DNA of 63,481 nt, counting the filler, from Octopus bimaculoides (taxonomy: Eukaryota): assembly GCF_001194135.2 (NCBI RefSeq). It is 8 parts of 7 records of this genome, joined end to end, with 100 filler letters (N's around TTAATTAATTAA, not from the genome) between each part and the next. Parts side by side here need not be neighbours in the genome. Positions count along the whole stretch, not along the records: positions 61,289 to 63,481 come from NC_069005.1; 7 more parts are not named here. One strand, given 5' to 3'. Shown here one piece after another: positions 63,126 to 63,481 of the stretch. The notes beneath the pieces were generated by a model. The model had not been told where the DNA came from. It worked only from the letters and a program-made list of their open reading frames with translations, and did not search any database. Numbering within the stretch: the first letter of the stretch is position 1; each line of letters starts with the position of its first letter. The translations under genes and the position numbers were made by a program.

Positions 63126-63294
63126 ATATAAGGATTTACTTTTTGTAATGAGATAAAAAACCAAAGCTATGTACTTTATAGAACATTTATAAATAGAAGG
63201 TCTCACAGCTGTAAGACCTTCTATTTCTAAATGTTCTTTAATGTACACAGCCTTGGTTTTTTTTATCTCATTAACGAAAAGTAAATCCTTATAT
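63126..63294. repeat. Palindrome, ~80-bp arms, centred on ACAGCTGT
   Basis: Arms align as reverse complements up to the central 8-bp palindrome at 63205-63212. Confidence 0.92.
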
Positions 63295-63481
63295 TCACAC
63301 GTTGATATATGACCTACGTTGGACCCCTTATTCGCATAATCACCGAACCTGGAGCTTAACTATGGTCTATCCATAGGACTTATTCAGCATTACCTGACAC
63401 CTCTGGGTCTTATTGACACCACTATCGCTCATAACCTCTCTCTCTCTCTCACTCTCTCTTTCACTATATATATATATATAT

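Overview
AT-rich, microsatellite-dense and heavily gapped animal genomic DNA. The tRNA-headed SINE families resemble those of octopus, so this is probably a draft coleoid cephalopod assembly (inference). Host genes: (1) four phase-compatible + strand exons at 9.4-19.0 kb encode about 3.5 scavenger-receptor cysteine-rich (SRCR) domains, one intron needs a GC donor, and a few small candidate exons lie downstream; (2) a convergent - strand exon at 56.7-57.1 kb encodes a possible death-fold domain. The rest is mostly transposon debris: Tx1/L1, RTE, CR1/L2, R4/Dong-like and Penelope retroelements; Chapaev3-like, mariner, Tc1, pogo and hAT DNA transposons; three SINE families. The most unusual signal is RNA structure. 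About nine hammerhead-ribozyme (HHR)-like motifs from several unrelated sequence families occur in 63 kb. One, at 13858-13902, has a fully canonical type I core at the tip of a ~42-bp rod-like stem (13815-13945), in sense orientation inside an SRCR intron. Others have core variants (pyrimidine at position 6; U3-A8) or sit in inverted, Penelope pLTR-like pairs. All structures were folded by eye and no cleavage activity is demonstrated.
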